Notes: generated by a model not told the origin, from the letters alone. A DNA stretch of 64,000 nucleotides from Candidatus Aminicenantes bacterium (GCA_963759765.1 CAVXAL010000003.1:939409-1003408); one strand, 5' to 3'. Numbered from the stretch's first letter, positions 42,450 through 54,429 are shown. Program-made: numbers and translations.

Positions 42450-42723
42450 TTACATCTTGATGCCCGCTTTCCGGTATCTCCGAGATGAGCCGCGATTTGT
42501 AACGCGCCCCGGCGTTGCGGTGAATCGTGCCCTTGCGGATGGTGCTGTCGATCACGGCGATGGCCTGGGGCAGCAGCTTCTGGACCTCTTCCTTGTTGCC
42601 GGCTTCTATTTTTTTGCGCAGCAGTTTGATCTTATTTCTCATTTTGGACCGGTTCATGCGGTTGACCAGCCTCAATTTTTCATCGCGTCTGGTTTTTTTG
42701 ATTGCCGATTGGTGAGTGGCCAT
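42450..42723 (-). CDS. rpsT: 30S ribosomal protein S20 (1-bp error near C-terminus)
   Basis: SAIKK..NRMNRSKMR..KGTIHRNAGARYKSRL; probable real stop TAA at 42450. Confidence 0.93.
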
Positions 42724-42744
42724 TCATCCTCCAGAAGAACGCAT

Positions 42745-42773
42745 ATGATATATGAAAAACGGCTGGCTGTCAA
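42745..42773 (-). promoter_or_regulatory. sigma70 promoter of rpsT
   Basis: TTGACA-17bp-TATCAT. Confidence 0.7.
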
Positions 42774-43570
42774 TCCCAGCAGCCGGAGCGCAGCTCCTCC
42801 AGGTCCAGGGTGAGGAAGCGCAGGCCGAATCTTTTGGCCCGGCGGATGAGTCCCTCCCTCAGGGCCAGTAGGCTCGGGAAATTCTTTTCCGACGTTTCGA
42901 TGCGCACGCCGCCTTCCATGTGCCGCACCCGCAACGGAAAGATGCCCTGGCGCGACAGGTACGCTTCGAGTTGGCCAATGGTATCCATCTGCCGGCGCTG
43001 CAACCGATGGCCGTAGGGAAAACGGGTGGCCAGGCAGGTGGAACTGGTCAGGAAATATTCGTCCATCCCTTTTTTACGGAGCTGCTGGACAATCTCTTCA
43101 GAACTGATGGAGGCTTCCTGCAGCGGCGAGCGGATGTTCAGCTGAGCCAGGGCCCTGCGGCCGGGCCGGTGTTCGGAGAGGTCCGAGTTCGTCGAACCAT
43201 CCACGATCCAGGGGACGTTGAATTTTTTCGCTTCCGCGCGCAGCGCCCGGAACATTTTCATTTTGCAGTAGTAGCAACGCAGGCGGGGATTGGCGGAAAG
43301 TCTCTTATCTTCCAGATAGTCAAGATATATTTTTTTAATTTGTATGCCCAGATTTTTTTTCAAGTAAGCGACTCGATGCAGGCTGCCACTGGAAATGAAC
43401 GAGGTGTGCACGAAATAGGGAAAAACATTTGCTTTGCCCAGGGTTTCCAGCGCGGTTTTAAGCAGATAAAAGGAGTCCTTCCCACCTGAAAATGCGACCA
43501 AAACCTTTCCGTATGCCCTTAACCGTTCTTGCAACAACTTTTTTTTACTTGCAAATCCTTTTTTCTTCAT
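42770..43570 (-). CDS. larE: LarE-like ATP-dependent sulfur transferase
   Basis: AFSGGKDS, RCYYCK, DGS..D..RPG, CLATRFPYG. Confidence 0.82.
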   Translation of the reverse strand: MKKKGFASKKKLLQERLRAYGKVLVAFSGGKDSFYLLKTALETLGKANVFPYFVHTSFISSGSLHRVAYLKKNLGIQIKKIYLDYLEDKRLSANPRLRCYYCKMKMFRALRAEAKKFNVPWIVDGSTNSDLSEHRPGRRALAQLNIRSPLQEASISSEEIVQQLRKKGMDEYFLTSSTCLATRFPYGHRLQRRQMDTIGQLEAYLSRQGIFPLRVRHMEGGVRIETSEKNFPSLLALREGLIRRAKRFGLRFLTLDLEELRSGCWD

Positions 43571-43676
43571 TAAGGCTATTTTACAGCGATTTTATCGGTT
43601 TTCCTAGGGAATGTCCTGTTTTTTTTAAAAAAAAAGCGATATGTCATAAAAAAAGGACATTTTTCCCCTTATTTGT

Positions 43677-43692
43677 TGGCAAAGAATATGCT
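43677..43692 (+). promoter_or_regulatory. sigma54 (-24/-12) promoter candidate
   Basis: TGGCAAAGAATATGCT (GG-N10-GC) about 60 nt before ATG 43751; upstream palindrome ATGTC-N10-GACAT. Confidence 0.6.
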
Positions 43693-43750
43693 TCCTTTTT
43701 AATATGGAAGAAGTAAAATATCCCTTTTCCAGGGAAAGGAGAATTTAAAA

Positions 43751-45547
43751 ATGAAAAGATTCGCTTTGTTTATTTTAATGACACTCTTCTTGGGCTTGGG
43801 GCTGTTTGCCGATCCATTGATCATTTACGGCCACATCACCATGACCGATCCGGAAGTGAAGATATCCCGGCCCGATGGCCAGGAAGTTCGCAATGCCATG
43901 CTCAACATGCCGATCCTGCTTGGAGACAACATTATCACGCCGGCCAGCGGCCGCTGCGAGATCCAGTTCGACAACGGCACCATTTTCCGGCTTGACAAGA
44001 ACAGCGAATTGAAAATCGGCACCGTTCTTTCCAAGAGCATGACCAGCAATTGGAAGGTGACCACGCTGAACCTGCTCAAGGGCCAGCTCTATGGCATCAT
44101 CAATACCTACAACCGCGAGATGTTCCAGGTGACCACGCCCAATGCTGCGGTCAAGATGGACGCGGGTTCCAAGAACGTGGTGGCTTACAGCGAGACGGCG
44201 GGCAGCAGGATCGATGTGATTTCGGGCAAGGTTTACGCTCTGTACGGAGCCAAAGAAGATGCGTTGAAAGAGGAGAAGATCGGTCGGGATAAGAGCGTGC
44301 GTATTGGCCCGGACAGCAAGTTGCTCAATGACTCGACAAAGGACGCCGATTTCATTTTTTGGAACGAGGGCATCAACCGCAATTTCGACGAGGCGCATCC
44401 CTCCAGCGTTCTGCCCAAGCCGATTTACCGTTACCCGGCCAGCGTGATTTACTGGGCGGAGAAGTGGTCCAGCCGTTACGGCGAATGGGTCTGGGATTCC
44501 ATTTTGGGTTATATCTGGCGGCCCTATGCGGATACCTTCATAACCAACCGGCCCTTCTTCAACGCCAATTACGTGACCATCGGCGGCAAGCTGTTCATGG
44601 TTCCTCAGGAAGCCTGGGGCTGGGCGCCCGCTTACCTGGGTACGTGGCACTGGACGGCCAAGAGCGGCTGGGTCTGGATCCCCGGTGATGCGTTCGGCTT
44701 GTCTGGCGATAATTTCGGTGAATACGGAATGATCGATGCTGAAAGCTGGATGGATTATTCGTTCAGATACTGGGGTTTCAACAACCTCTACGAGTGGCTG
44801 GTACTGTATTATGACTGGTATTATGGATATCACACATTCAATTTTAATCGCAACGCAGCGATTCCAGGTCCTCCCCACGGGGGCCCTGCTGAAAGTAAAC
44901 TCATGGGAGAAATTCCCATCAAAGGGTACGGCGGGAGTGGTTTTACTGCTGGTATTAAACTGAAAGAGCTGCCCGAGCCTGTCCGTTCGATTATAAAGCA
45001 ACTGGATCGCCTGTCACCTGAAAAGCGCGCCGAACTGATGCCCCAACCGCCGAACAAATTTTTCAGCGGCCCCATGATCAAGGGTGGCGAGGCGTTGACG
45101 CCGCCCAAGCCGCTCCGCCAGGAAACCATCCGCTCCGGCGAGCAGGCCCAGCGCCAACCCTATTATCCCAGCATGCGGCCGGATACCAAGCCCATCGCCG
45201 GTATCCCTGCCAGGCCTGTGGTTGGGACCCCGCATGTCGGTTTCCGCAACTGGAACCCGGATGTGCGCGTCGCCCGGCAACTGGGCATTGACTTCCGTTA
45301 CCTTTCCGGACGCAACGAGTTCGCTTTCCCGAGGCTGGGAGTAACGTCGAGCACAATCTCTTCGTTTCAGCGCCAGACATTGAATGCCAGCGTCCACGGT
45401 TTCAATAATGGGGGCGGCGGATTCGCCGGAGGTTTTTTTAGGAGGGATGATTCGTCAGGCAGCCAGTCCTCTGCGACGAGCAGCGGCACTCACCGCAGCT
45501 CGAGTTCAAGCAGCAGCAGCGGAGGCAGCGAAAAAATTAAGAATTAG
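43751..45547 (+). CDS. Exported FecR-domain + DUF6600-like protein
   Basis: Signal peptide; GRCEIQFDNGT..RLD (FecR-like); YGEWVW..WRP, WGWAP..GTW..GWVWIPG; Ser/Gly tail. Confidence 0.75.
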   Translation: MKRFALFILMTLFLGLGLFADPLIIYGHITMTDPEVKISRPDGQEVRNAMLNMPILLGDNIITPASGRCEIQFDNGTIFRLDKNSELKIGTVLSKSMTSNWKVTTLNLLKGQLYGIINTYNREMFQVTTPNAAVKMDAGSKNVVAYSETAGSRIDVISGKVYALYGAKEDALKEEKIGRDKSVRIGPDSKLLNDSTKDADFIFWNEGINRNFDEAHPSSVLPKPIYRYPASVIYWAEKWSSRYGEWVWDSILGYIWRPYADTFITNRPFFNANYVTIGGKLFMVPQEAWGWAPAYLGTWHWTAKSGWVWIPGDAFGLSGDNFGEYGMIDAESWMDYSFRYWGFNNLYEWLVLYYDWYYGYHTFNFNRNAAIPGPPHGGPAESKLMGEIPIKGYGGSGFTAGIKLKELPEPVRSIIKQLDRLSPEKRAELMPQPPNKFFSGPMIKGGEALTPPKPLRQETIRSGEQAQRQPYYPSMRPDTKPIAGIPARPVVGTPHVGFRNWNPDVRVARQLGIDFRYLSGRNEFAFPRLGVTSSTISSFQRQTLNASVHGFNNGGGGFAGGFFRRDDSSGSQSSATSSGTHRSSSSSSSSGGSEKIKN

Positions 45548-45609
45548 AAGCAAATAAATTTTGATTTTTTTAATTAATTATTAATCTCATCTATTGCCTC
45601 ACCTCCTCT

Positions 45610-46546
45610 CTAAAATAATCTTATTCTTATGCCTATTTTTAATGAAACTCCGCTGTAATCCAAAATTGCTTTTCTTATATCGTTTATAAAATAAATGCTT
45701 GCATCTGGTATTTTTTCCCAAATTTGTAAATCTGCAACTCGACCACCAAAATGTAGATCCTCCCTTGTGTAATAATAAAGAATCCCTTTTTCTTCATCAT
45801 GATCACCATAATCAGTGTCCGTTTTCCTAATTCCTTTTAAACCTCTTATTTTTACAAGCCTTCCTTGAAATTCCATTACCAAGGCCACGTTTTTAATAAT
45901 GGTGTATTCCAGAAGAGCCGAACCTTGAAATCCAATCGAGAATTTTTTCTCGGCATCCATAGATATCGAGCTCCATCCTGTGCCTCCCAATGGAAATGTA
46001 ATATCGGTTTTTGAAAAGCGTGAAATTTTACCTGAATAAAAGCCAATACCTCCCCCGAATAAAATGTTTATTTTTGAAATCAAAGGAATTGTGTAATACA
46101 CATTCAATCTTATGGGCATGGCAACTTTTATATCTGGGTTAAAAGTATATACAAGTATCTGCGGCCCCGCACCCCCTGTCATTGTATAAGTGAGAGAGGC
46201 TCTCGTTGCTTCTATGAAAAGGGCCTGATGTGGAAATCCCCAGACTGATTTTGGGGGAAATATCCATTCTGAATTCCGCTTCCCAATTGCTGGTCCTGCC
46301 ATTGAGCTTTGTTATCTCTCCTTCCACAAGGTTTGGATTATTCTTTCTCAAAAATTCAAATGTAGCGTTATTATTAAAAGATTCTAAGCATTTATTGACA
46401 TCTCCAATTGTTATGGAATCTACTCCACCCGTTACCTTTATGCTGAATTTCGGTTTGAAACTTTTTTTTTCTTCCGCTTGGGCAATACTGGATAACGATA
46501 TGAAAAAGAAAAATAGAATAAGACAACTCACCTTCCTGTGTTGCAT
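45610..46546 (-). CDS. Outer-membrane beta-barrel protein, very AT-rich (frameshift near 46200)
   Basis: ORFs 46139-46558 + 45610-46302; signal peptide; C-terminal DYSGVSLKIGIRIRLF; paralog of 29667-30554. Confidence 0.78.
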
Positions 46547-46710
46547 AAACTTGCCCACCTCTTTTAATTACCTTTCCAAAATCTCCGATTATTATGTAAT
46601 ATTAAATTAATACTCTGTCAACTTTTTTATGTATCAATTTTCATTTTTTCATCACTTTTACGGATTTTTTTATCTTACGATTAAATAATGATATTCCGAA
46701 TTATATTCGT

Positions 46711-47304
46711 TTAAATGAAAGCGCGGTATGCGCGAACGATATCCTGGAAAACAGAATCTAATTCGCCGTTGCCGTCAATGAGACGGATGTTGACGCCTGA
46801 AAGCTTCAGGAAATTTTCGCGGACTTTCTTGAGGAATGCTTCCTTTTCAAACAGCTTGGCTTTTGTCTGGCGGCTCTGGCGGATGCGTTTCAGAGCAGTT
46901 TTCACTTCCACGTCTATGACGAAAACGATGTCGGCTTCGGGCGCGAAAGCCCGGTTGGCCGCCAGGATCTCTTCCATGTCCAGGCCGCGCGCGCCCTGGT
47001 AACAGGCATTGGAATAAAAATAGCGGTCGAGCACTACGATCTTGCCTGCCTGCAGAGCGGGGCGGATGTTTTGCTCCACGTCCCAGCGCCGGTCCGCGAT
47101 AAACAACTCCAGTTCCTGTAGCGGCGGCAAATGGGAGCGGGTACGGGCCAGGCTGCGGATGCGCTCGCCGGTCGGCCCGTCTGAGGGTTCGCGCAGCCAG
47201 ACGTTGGCCTGGCCGTTGTCGCTCAGGGAGCCGCAGAAGAGGCGCGACAGGCAGGTCTTGCCCGAGCCGTCAATGCCTTCGAAAACGATGAGCCGCGGCA
47301 ACAT
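46711..47304 (-). CDS. tmk: Thymidylate kinase
   Basis: FEGIDGSGKT, REP, LDRY..S..YQG. Confidence 0.95.
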   Translation of the reverse strand: MLPRLIVFEGIDGSGKTCLSRLFCGSLSDNGQANVWLREPSDGPTGERIRSLARTRSHLPPLQELELFIADRRWDVEQNIRPALQAGKIVVLDRYFYSNACYQGARGLDMEEILAANRAFAPEADIVFVIDVEVKTALKRIRQSRQTKAKLFEKEAFLKKVRENFLKLSGVNIRLIDGNGELDSVFQDIVRAYRAFI

Positions 47305-47305
47305 G

Positions 47306-48406
47306 CTAAATCCCGAAACTGGTGCCCAGGGCCAAGGCTGTGCGGATCAGGTCGTTGTCTGGACGGATGCGCCGGGGAGAAGCCAGCGCCTCGTCCAGGG
47401 ACACCGTCTGGATCTCGGCCCCGCGCACCCCCACCAGCGTGCCGAAGGTTCCGGCCACCGCCGCCTCCACCGCGTGAAAGCCGAAGCGCGTGGCCAGGAT
47501 GCGGTCAAACGGGGTGGGGCTGCCGCCGCGCTGCACATGGCCGAGAATGGTGTAGCGGGTTTCGATGCCGGTCAGGTCCTCGATCTGGTTGCCGACCAGC
47601 TGGCGGAATTCCGCCCAGGCGCAGCGGCTCGTCGGCGCTGGCCACTTTTCTGGACGACCACCAGTTGGCCGCCCTCGGGCTGGGCGCCCTCGGCGACCAC
47701 CACCAGGGAAAAGCGTTTCCCTTCTTTGAGCCGGCCGCGGATCTTGGCGCACGATCTTTTCCATGCGGAAGGGAAGTTCCGGGACCAGGATGACGTCGCC
47801 GCCTCCGGCCATGCCGGCGTGCAGGGCGATCCAGCCGGCGTAGCGGCCCATCACCTCGATGACCATGATGCGGTGGTGCGCTTCGGCGGTGGAATGGAGC
47901 TTGTCGATGGCCGAGGTGGCCACGGTCAGGGCCGTGTCGAAGCCGAAGGTGACGTCGGTGCCGCCGAGGTCGTTGTCGATGGTTTTGGGCACGCCGACCA
48001 CCGCCAGGCCGTAGCGTCCGGTGCAGGTCGCGGGCGATGGTCTGCGTGCCGTCGCCGCCCACGGTGATCAGGCCGTCGAGGCGGCTCTGGGCGATGGTGT
48101 CCATGGCCTGCTCGGAAACGTCGCGGAACACCGTCTGGCCGCCCCGGCGGCCCACCGGGTACTGGAAGGGGTTGTCGCGGTTGGAGGTGCCCAGGATCGT
48201 GCCGCCGCGCGGCAGGATGCCCGACACGTCGGCCAACTCCATTTTTTTGATGTTGCCCTGGATCAGGCCGGCAAACCCGTCGTAGATGCCGTAAACCTCC
48301 AGGTCGTGCGGCGGCTGGCCGTGTTGACCACGGCGCGGATCACTGCATTCAGGCCGGGGCAATCGCCGCCTCCGGTCAGAATCCCCAGGCTGCGAATCTT
48401 TTTCAT
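47306..48406 (-). CDS. pfkA: ATP-dependent 6-phosphofructokinase (frameshifts)
   Basis: [43 protein letters not shown]. Confidence 0.92.
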
Positions 48407-49100
48407 CGGGGCTCTCCGCCAACAGATTGCTGCGGGCGGCAGCGGCGCATGGCCTCCGCTTCCAGCTCATCGAGCCGTTTTTTCAGCTCCTGCTGCCACT
48501 CGGCCACGGAGAGTTTTTTCAGTTGGGCCGGCGGGTTGCCCGTTTCCAGCGGCCGGCCGCAGAGGAAATGGATGCGGCCGAAGGGCAGGGGGACCAGGAA
48601 GCGGTCCCAGCTCTTTTCCAGGACCTTGACCCGGCTAGCTGCTCCAGCTGATGGGAATGACGCAGGCGCCGGTCTTGGCGGCCAGCAGCACCGTTCCTTC
48701 CTTGATCTGGCGGGCCGGGCCCTTGGGACCGTCGGCGGTGATCAGCACCGGGGTCTTTTCCTGCTTCACGCTGCGGCGAGTTCCAGGAAAGCCCGGGCGC
48801 CGCCGCTGGAGGAAGAGCCGCGCACGGGCCGCATGCCGAAGGCCCGGGCCACGCGGCTCACCAGTTCGCCGTCCTCGGAAAGCGAGATCAGCGGCCGCGC
48901 GCCGCAGTTCCGGAAATGGTGGATGACATACAAAATATGGCGGTGCCAGAAATAATAGATCAGGGGCACGCTCCGCGCCTGCAGGTCGGCGACGGCTTCC
49001 TGCCCGGAACAGCTGACGCGCGAGCTGCGCACGACAGCCGTGATCAGGAGTTTTCCAGCCGGCCTGCCAGGAAGAGCTTAATCCTGCGCCGCAAGGCCAT
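48403..49100 (-). CDS. DUF374-family lysophospholipid acyltransferase-like protein (frameshifts)
   Basis: [27 protein letters not shown]. Confidence 0.8.
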
Positions 49101-50449
49101 ATTCCTTGATTTTTTCCAGCAGCGTTTTGTGGCTGATGCTCCAGCAACCGGGCCGCCTCGCGTCCGGTTGCCGGCGGTTTCCTGCAGCGTCCGCTCGATC
49201 TTGAGCTTCTCGCTGATCTGCCGCGCCCGGGCCGACACCTCTTTGAGCGTGCCGTTGAGATTCAATTGCTCACTGAGGGTGAAGGGCTTTTCCGGAAGGA
49301 TGATGTCGCTGTCGGAGATATCCTTGGCCGGGCAGATGATCGCCGCGCGCTCGATGGTGTTTTGCAGCTCGCGGACATTGCCCGGCCAGTGGTAGCGGCA
49401 GCAGCTTCTCCTTGGCCCGGTCGCCGAGCGTCAGCCCGCCCTTTTTCATTTCCTGGGCGAACTTCTGGCAGAAATAATCGGCCAGCAGCAGGAGGTCTTC
49501 CTCGCGCTCGCGCAGCGGGGGCAGGTAGATGGGGAAGACGGTGATGCGGAAATAGAGGTCCTGGCGGAAGCGGTTCTCGGCCATGGCGTTTTCCAGGTTC
49601 TGGTTGGTGGCGAAGATGAAGCGGATATCCAGATCGATCTCCTTGCCGCTGCCCAGGCGGCGTGATCGTCTTTTCCTCCAGCACGCGCAGGATCTTGCCC
49701 TGCAGGCCCACGGGGAAATCGCCGATCTCGTCGAAGAAGAAGGTGCCGCCCTGGGCGAGTTCCAGCTTGCCGATCTGGCGCAGGTGGGCGCCGGTATAGG
49801 AGCCTTTCTCGTGGCCGAAGAGCTCGTTTTCCAGGAGGTTGTCGGGGATCGAGGCCGAGTTGATGGTGATGAAACGGCTTGTGTCGGCGCGGGCTCAGGG
49901 CGTGAATGGCGCGGGCGAACAGCTCCTTGCCGGTGCCGCTTTCGCCGCGCAGCAGCACCGAGGTGCCGGTGGCGGCCACCGGCTGCAGCTTTTCGGCGTC
50001 CTGCAGGACTCGCGGCTGCTGCCGATGATCACCGATTTTTCCATCTCGGCGGTGCAGCACTTCCTTGAGCACCAGGTTCTCGCGCAGAGCTGGGTCGGCG
50101 ACTCGAGGGCCTTGTCGATCATCAGCAGCAGGTAGTCGGGATCGACCGGCTTGGCGATGAAATCAAAGGCGCCCTCCTTGATGGCCTCCACCGCTTTTTC
50201 GATGGAGCCGAAGGCGGTCAGGATGATGAAGGGGATGTTCAGGGGCTTGATGCGCTTGTAAAAGCTCAGCCCGTCCATGTCCGGGAGCTGCAGGTCGGAG
50301 ACGACTGCCGAAAAGGTCTCTTTCTTCAGAATCAGCAGGGCGGTGGCCACGTCGCGGGTGGTCTTGACATCATAACCCTTCGCGCCGATGGTCTCGCGGA
50401 GCATCTCCAGCATGGAAGGGTTGTCTTCGACCAGCAAAACCTTTCTCAT
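49078..50449 (-). CDS. sigma54-dependent response regulator, REC-AAA+-HTH (frameshifts)
   Basis: VEDN..SDLQLP..AKP; GESGTGKE; [13 protein letters not shown]; FDEI; FRQDLYFRI; WPGNVREL. Confidence 0.9.
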
Positions 50450-50521
50450 GCTCCCATTATTGAATAGCCCGGACCGTTTGTCAATCGCGGCCGCTGCGCC
50501 GACCGTCGGTGTCCGCGCGGA

Positions 50522-51412
<891 letters not shown>

Positions 51413-51413
51413 G

Positions 51414-52052
51414 TCAGGCTCCGGCGGCCAGTTGCCGCACTTTTTCCACGGCGTTGGCCGCGTCGTAGCCGAAGGCGTCGGCGCCGATGTCGGCGGCGAA
51501 CGCGGCGGAGACCGGGGCCCCGCCGATGATGGTTTTGACGCGTGGCCGCAATCTCTTTTCGCCCAGCAGGTCGATGACTTTTCTCATACCGCTCATGGTG
51601 GTGGTCAGCAGGGCCGACATGCCGATCACCGTTGCCTTCTCCTGTTCGGCCGTCTCCACGAACCGTTCCGGCGCCACGTCGTTGCCCAGGTCGATCACCT
51701 CGAACCCGGCGCCGCGCAGCATGATGCCCACCAGGTTCTTGCCGATGTCGTGCAGGTCGCCCTGCACCGTTCCCAGCACCACCTTGCCCTGCGAGGGCGG
51801 CGGGTCCTTGAGGAAATAGGGTTTGAGCTCGTCAGTGCCGCTGTGCATGGCGCGCGCGGCCAGTAGCACCTCAGGCAGGAAAATCTCGCGCGCCTTGAAC
51901 TGCTCGCCGATCACGGCCATGCCCCGGAGCAAACCCTGCTCCAGAATCTGTCGGGCCGGGATATTCTGGGCCAGCGCCTGGCGCGTCAGGGCCGCCACCT
52001 GCTCGCGGTCGCCCTGCTGCAGCTGGCGGGCGATATCGGTCAGAATCTCCAT
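51414..52052 (-). CDS. Cognate corrinoid (cobalamin-binding) protein
   Basis: FLPEV cap domain; GDLHDIGKN, SALLT, IIGGAP. Confidence 0.93.
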   Translation of the reverse strand: MEILTDIARQLQQGDREQVAALTRQALAQNIPARQILEQGLLRGMAVIGEQFKAREIFLPEVLLAARAMHSGTDELKPYFLKDPPPSQGKVVLGTVQGDLHDIGKNLVGIMLRGAGFEVIDLGNDVAPERFVETAEQEKATVIGMSALLTTTMSGMRKVIDLLGEKRLRPRVKTIIGGAPVSAAFAADIGADAFGYDAANAVEKVRQLAAGA

Positions 52053-52077
52053 GGTTTCCTCCTGAGTTTTTTTGGGC

Positions 52078-53540
52078 TTAATCCGGCAGCTGCGGCAGCG
52101 TGTCCAGGCCGTAACGGCGTGCCTCGGCGGCCATCAAATTCTGCAGCTGGCGGCGTATGCCGGCGGGCAGAGAGGATGGCCGACACGTGGCTACGAGGCG
52201 TTCGACCTCCCGCTTGGCCCTGGCCAGCAACGAGAGTCCGCCTTCCTCGAGCCAGCGGGCGCGGTTGGCCCGGTCGATCACCGCACCGGGCAGGTAGTGC
52301 TCCGTCTTCAGATAGCGCCGGGTATGCGTCGGCGATCAGCAGATGTTTTTCGCGCAGCAGTTCTTCGAATAGGGGCAAGGAGGGGAAATCCTCCTTGGGC
52401 GTGATGCCTTTGAGCATGTGCAGGGTCATGCCGCAGATTTCGTTGTCCAGGAGCAATTTTTCCAGGCTCAGGCAGCTCTCGAAGTCCAGCATGCCCGGCC
52501 CGGAGATGTTGTTGATGCCCGCCAGGGCGGCCAGGGTGGCGCCCATGGCCGATTCCAGCCCGGCCTGGGCGTCGAGCTCCTTGGCGTCGCTCAGCGAGAT
52601 ATAGGCCTGGGTGGGCAGGCCGAGGTGCTTGCCGATCTCGCTGTAGGCGCAGTCGAGCATCTGGGTGCTCGATGTCGCCCATGGGCGTGGTCTCGTAGCG
52701 CACGTCGAAAACCGCCGGCGAGCCGCCGTATAGGATGGGCGCGCCCGGATGAGCCAGCTGGCTGATGACGATGCCGCTCAGCGTTTCGGCCGTGTGCTGG
52801 ATCAGGGTGCCGACCAGGGTCACCGGCGCCACGAAGCCAGAAAGGGGCATGGCGATGAACTCGACCGGGATGCCGTAGCGGCCGCAGTCGATCACGTTCT
52901 GCGAGGTCACGTCGCTCCATTTCAGCGGCGACGTGGGGCAGCAGGAAAAAACGGTCAAGGGCTTTTCTTTCAGCGCGGCCTCCGAGCCGCGCACGGCCAG
53001 CTGCAGGTCTTTCATCAGCGCGAACGATTCGATGGTGAAGGTGCCGGTGACCACCGGCTTGTCGCAGAAGAGCAGGCTGAGGTAGAGCCGGTAGCTGTCG
53101 GAAATCGGCTCCGGCACGTCGGCCGGGATCAGCGCCGTGCTCTGCGAGGCGATATGGGGCAGCCGCGACACTAGCTTGGCGTAACGCACGTAGTCGGCGG
53201 TGTTCGGCCGGCGCTGGCTGCGGGTTTCCGCGTCGAGCAGGTAGAGGGCGGCTGAGCCCGGCGTGAAATAGACGTTGGCGCCGGAAAAGTCGTGGGTCAG
53301 GGCGCCGTTGACGTCGAAGAGTTTGAACGAGTGGGGTGAGCTGGCCAGCGCCCGGTCGATGATTCTCTTGTTCATGCAGACCCGGTTCTTTTTCAGGTCC
53401 ACGTCGGCGCCGTGGTCGCCCAGCAGGGCGAGGATTTCGCCGTTATGAATTTCTATGCCCAGGCGGCAGAGGATAGCGCGCGCCTCCAGCAAAATGATTT
53501 CGATCAACTCTTTCTCGAGAAAACGGATGGCTGGCCTCAT
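52078..53540 (-). CDS. MttB-superfamily methyltransferase, non-pyrrolysine (2 frameshifts)
   Basis: TSPL, APVTLVG, PGAPILYG, LSDAKELDAQAGLES, SLEKLLLDNEI; no amber before SDAK. Confidence 0.88.
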
Positions 53541-53564
53541 GTTTTGACTCCTGTTGCAGCCTGC

Positions 53565-53593
53565 ATTCTAAAAATTTGGCTCCTCTTTGTCAA
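53565..53593 (-). promoter_or_regulatory. sigma70 promoter of the methyltransferase operon
   Basis: TTGACA-17bp-TAGAAT. Confidence 0.7.
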
Positions 53594-54429
53594 GGAAAGA
53601 ATCGTTCGGCCAGCGCCTGCAAACAGCCTGAATCCGGCAAGAGGCCGGGGGTTTCGCGCAGGAAGCCGGAGAGCTTGGCCAAATCGGTTAGGGGCCTGAA
53701 AAACGCCAGTTCCAACAGAGCGGCCAACGCTGCCGCGAGCAAAGCGCCAGCGAGCACGGGAACAGCAGAAGATCCGGAAAGGAATTGCAGGGGCAGCAAG
53801 AGCAGCAGAAAAAGAGCGGTACCAATCGCCAGTTCACCGAGCCGCAGGAGCAGCGCCTGCCGGCGCAGAAAGTTTGGCCGCCGGGCATACAGGGCCACCT
53901 GCTTGCAGGCAGCATCATGCGGATTCTCTTTTCCTGAAAGGAGGGCGGCGGCGCAGAGCACCGCAGCCAGGCCGGTGAAAACTGCGGATTTTTTCCCCGA
54001 ACAACTGGCCAGTTCACCGCGGTCGACTGCCCGCAAAGCCCGGCGGATGGATTTCTGGAAATAGGGCAGGGCATGGCCAGCAATTCTTCTTGGGACCTTT
54101 GCCAAACTGAAACGGGCGAGGGGAGCAGCGGGCAGGCGGCCGCTCTGTAAAAGTTCGCCTGCAGCCAGTAGATGGGCGACACGAAAGCGGAGCAGAATGA
54201 AGCGATCACATAAAAAGAAGGCCATCAACCAGAGCCCCGCGCTGAGCAGCAGGCCGAGGTCAAGCGCCAGGGTGGAACCGGCCATGCGGGCGATGAACAG
54301 CAGCAGGCCGAAATTCAGAATCACCAGCAGGCCTGTTAGAGTGCAGATCGCGACCTGAAGAAAGACAAAGGGGAGGGTCCGGGAAACAACAAGCAGGGCA
54401 GCGACCAGGTCGAGTTTCAGCAAGTTCAT
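53590..54429 (-). CDS. Hypothetical membrane protein
   Basis: 279-aa Leu-rich ORF with several hydrophobic segments. Confidence 0.55.
   Translation of the reverse strand: MNLLKLDLVAALLVVSRTLPFVFLQVAICTLTGLLVILNFGLLLFIARMAGSTLALDLGLLLSAGLWLMAFFLCDRFILLRFRVAHLLAAGELLQSGRLPAAPLARFSLAKVPRRIAGHALPYFQKSIRRALRAVDRGELASCSGKKSAVFTGLAAVLCAAALLSGKENPHDAACKQVALYARRPNFLRRQALLLRLGELAIGTALFLLLLLPLQFLSGSSAVPVLAGALLAAALAALLELAFFRPLTDLAKLSGFLRETPGLLPDSGCLQALAERFFP

Noticed and set aside
42124-42723. Apparent S20-nuclease fusion ORF
   Set aside because: Removing one base near 42475 gives a normal S20 ending at TAA 42450, with a separate ATG at 42444.
45455-45530. AGC-rich repeat-like tract
   Set aside because: It encodes the low-complexity Ser/Gly tail of the protein, not a repeat array.
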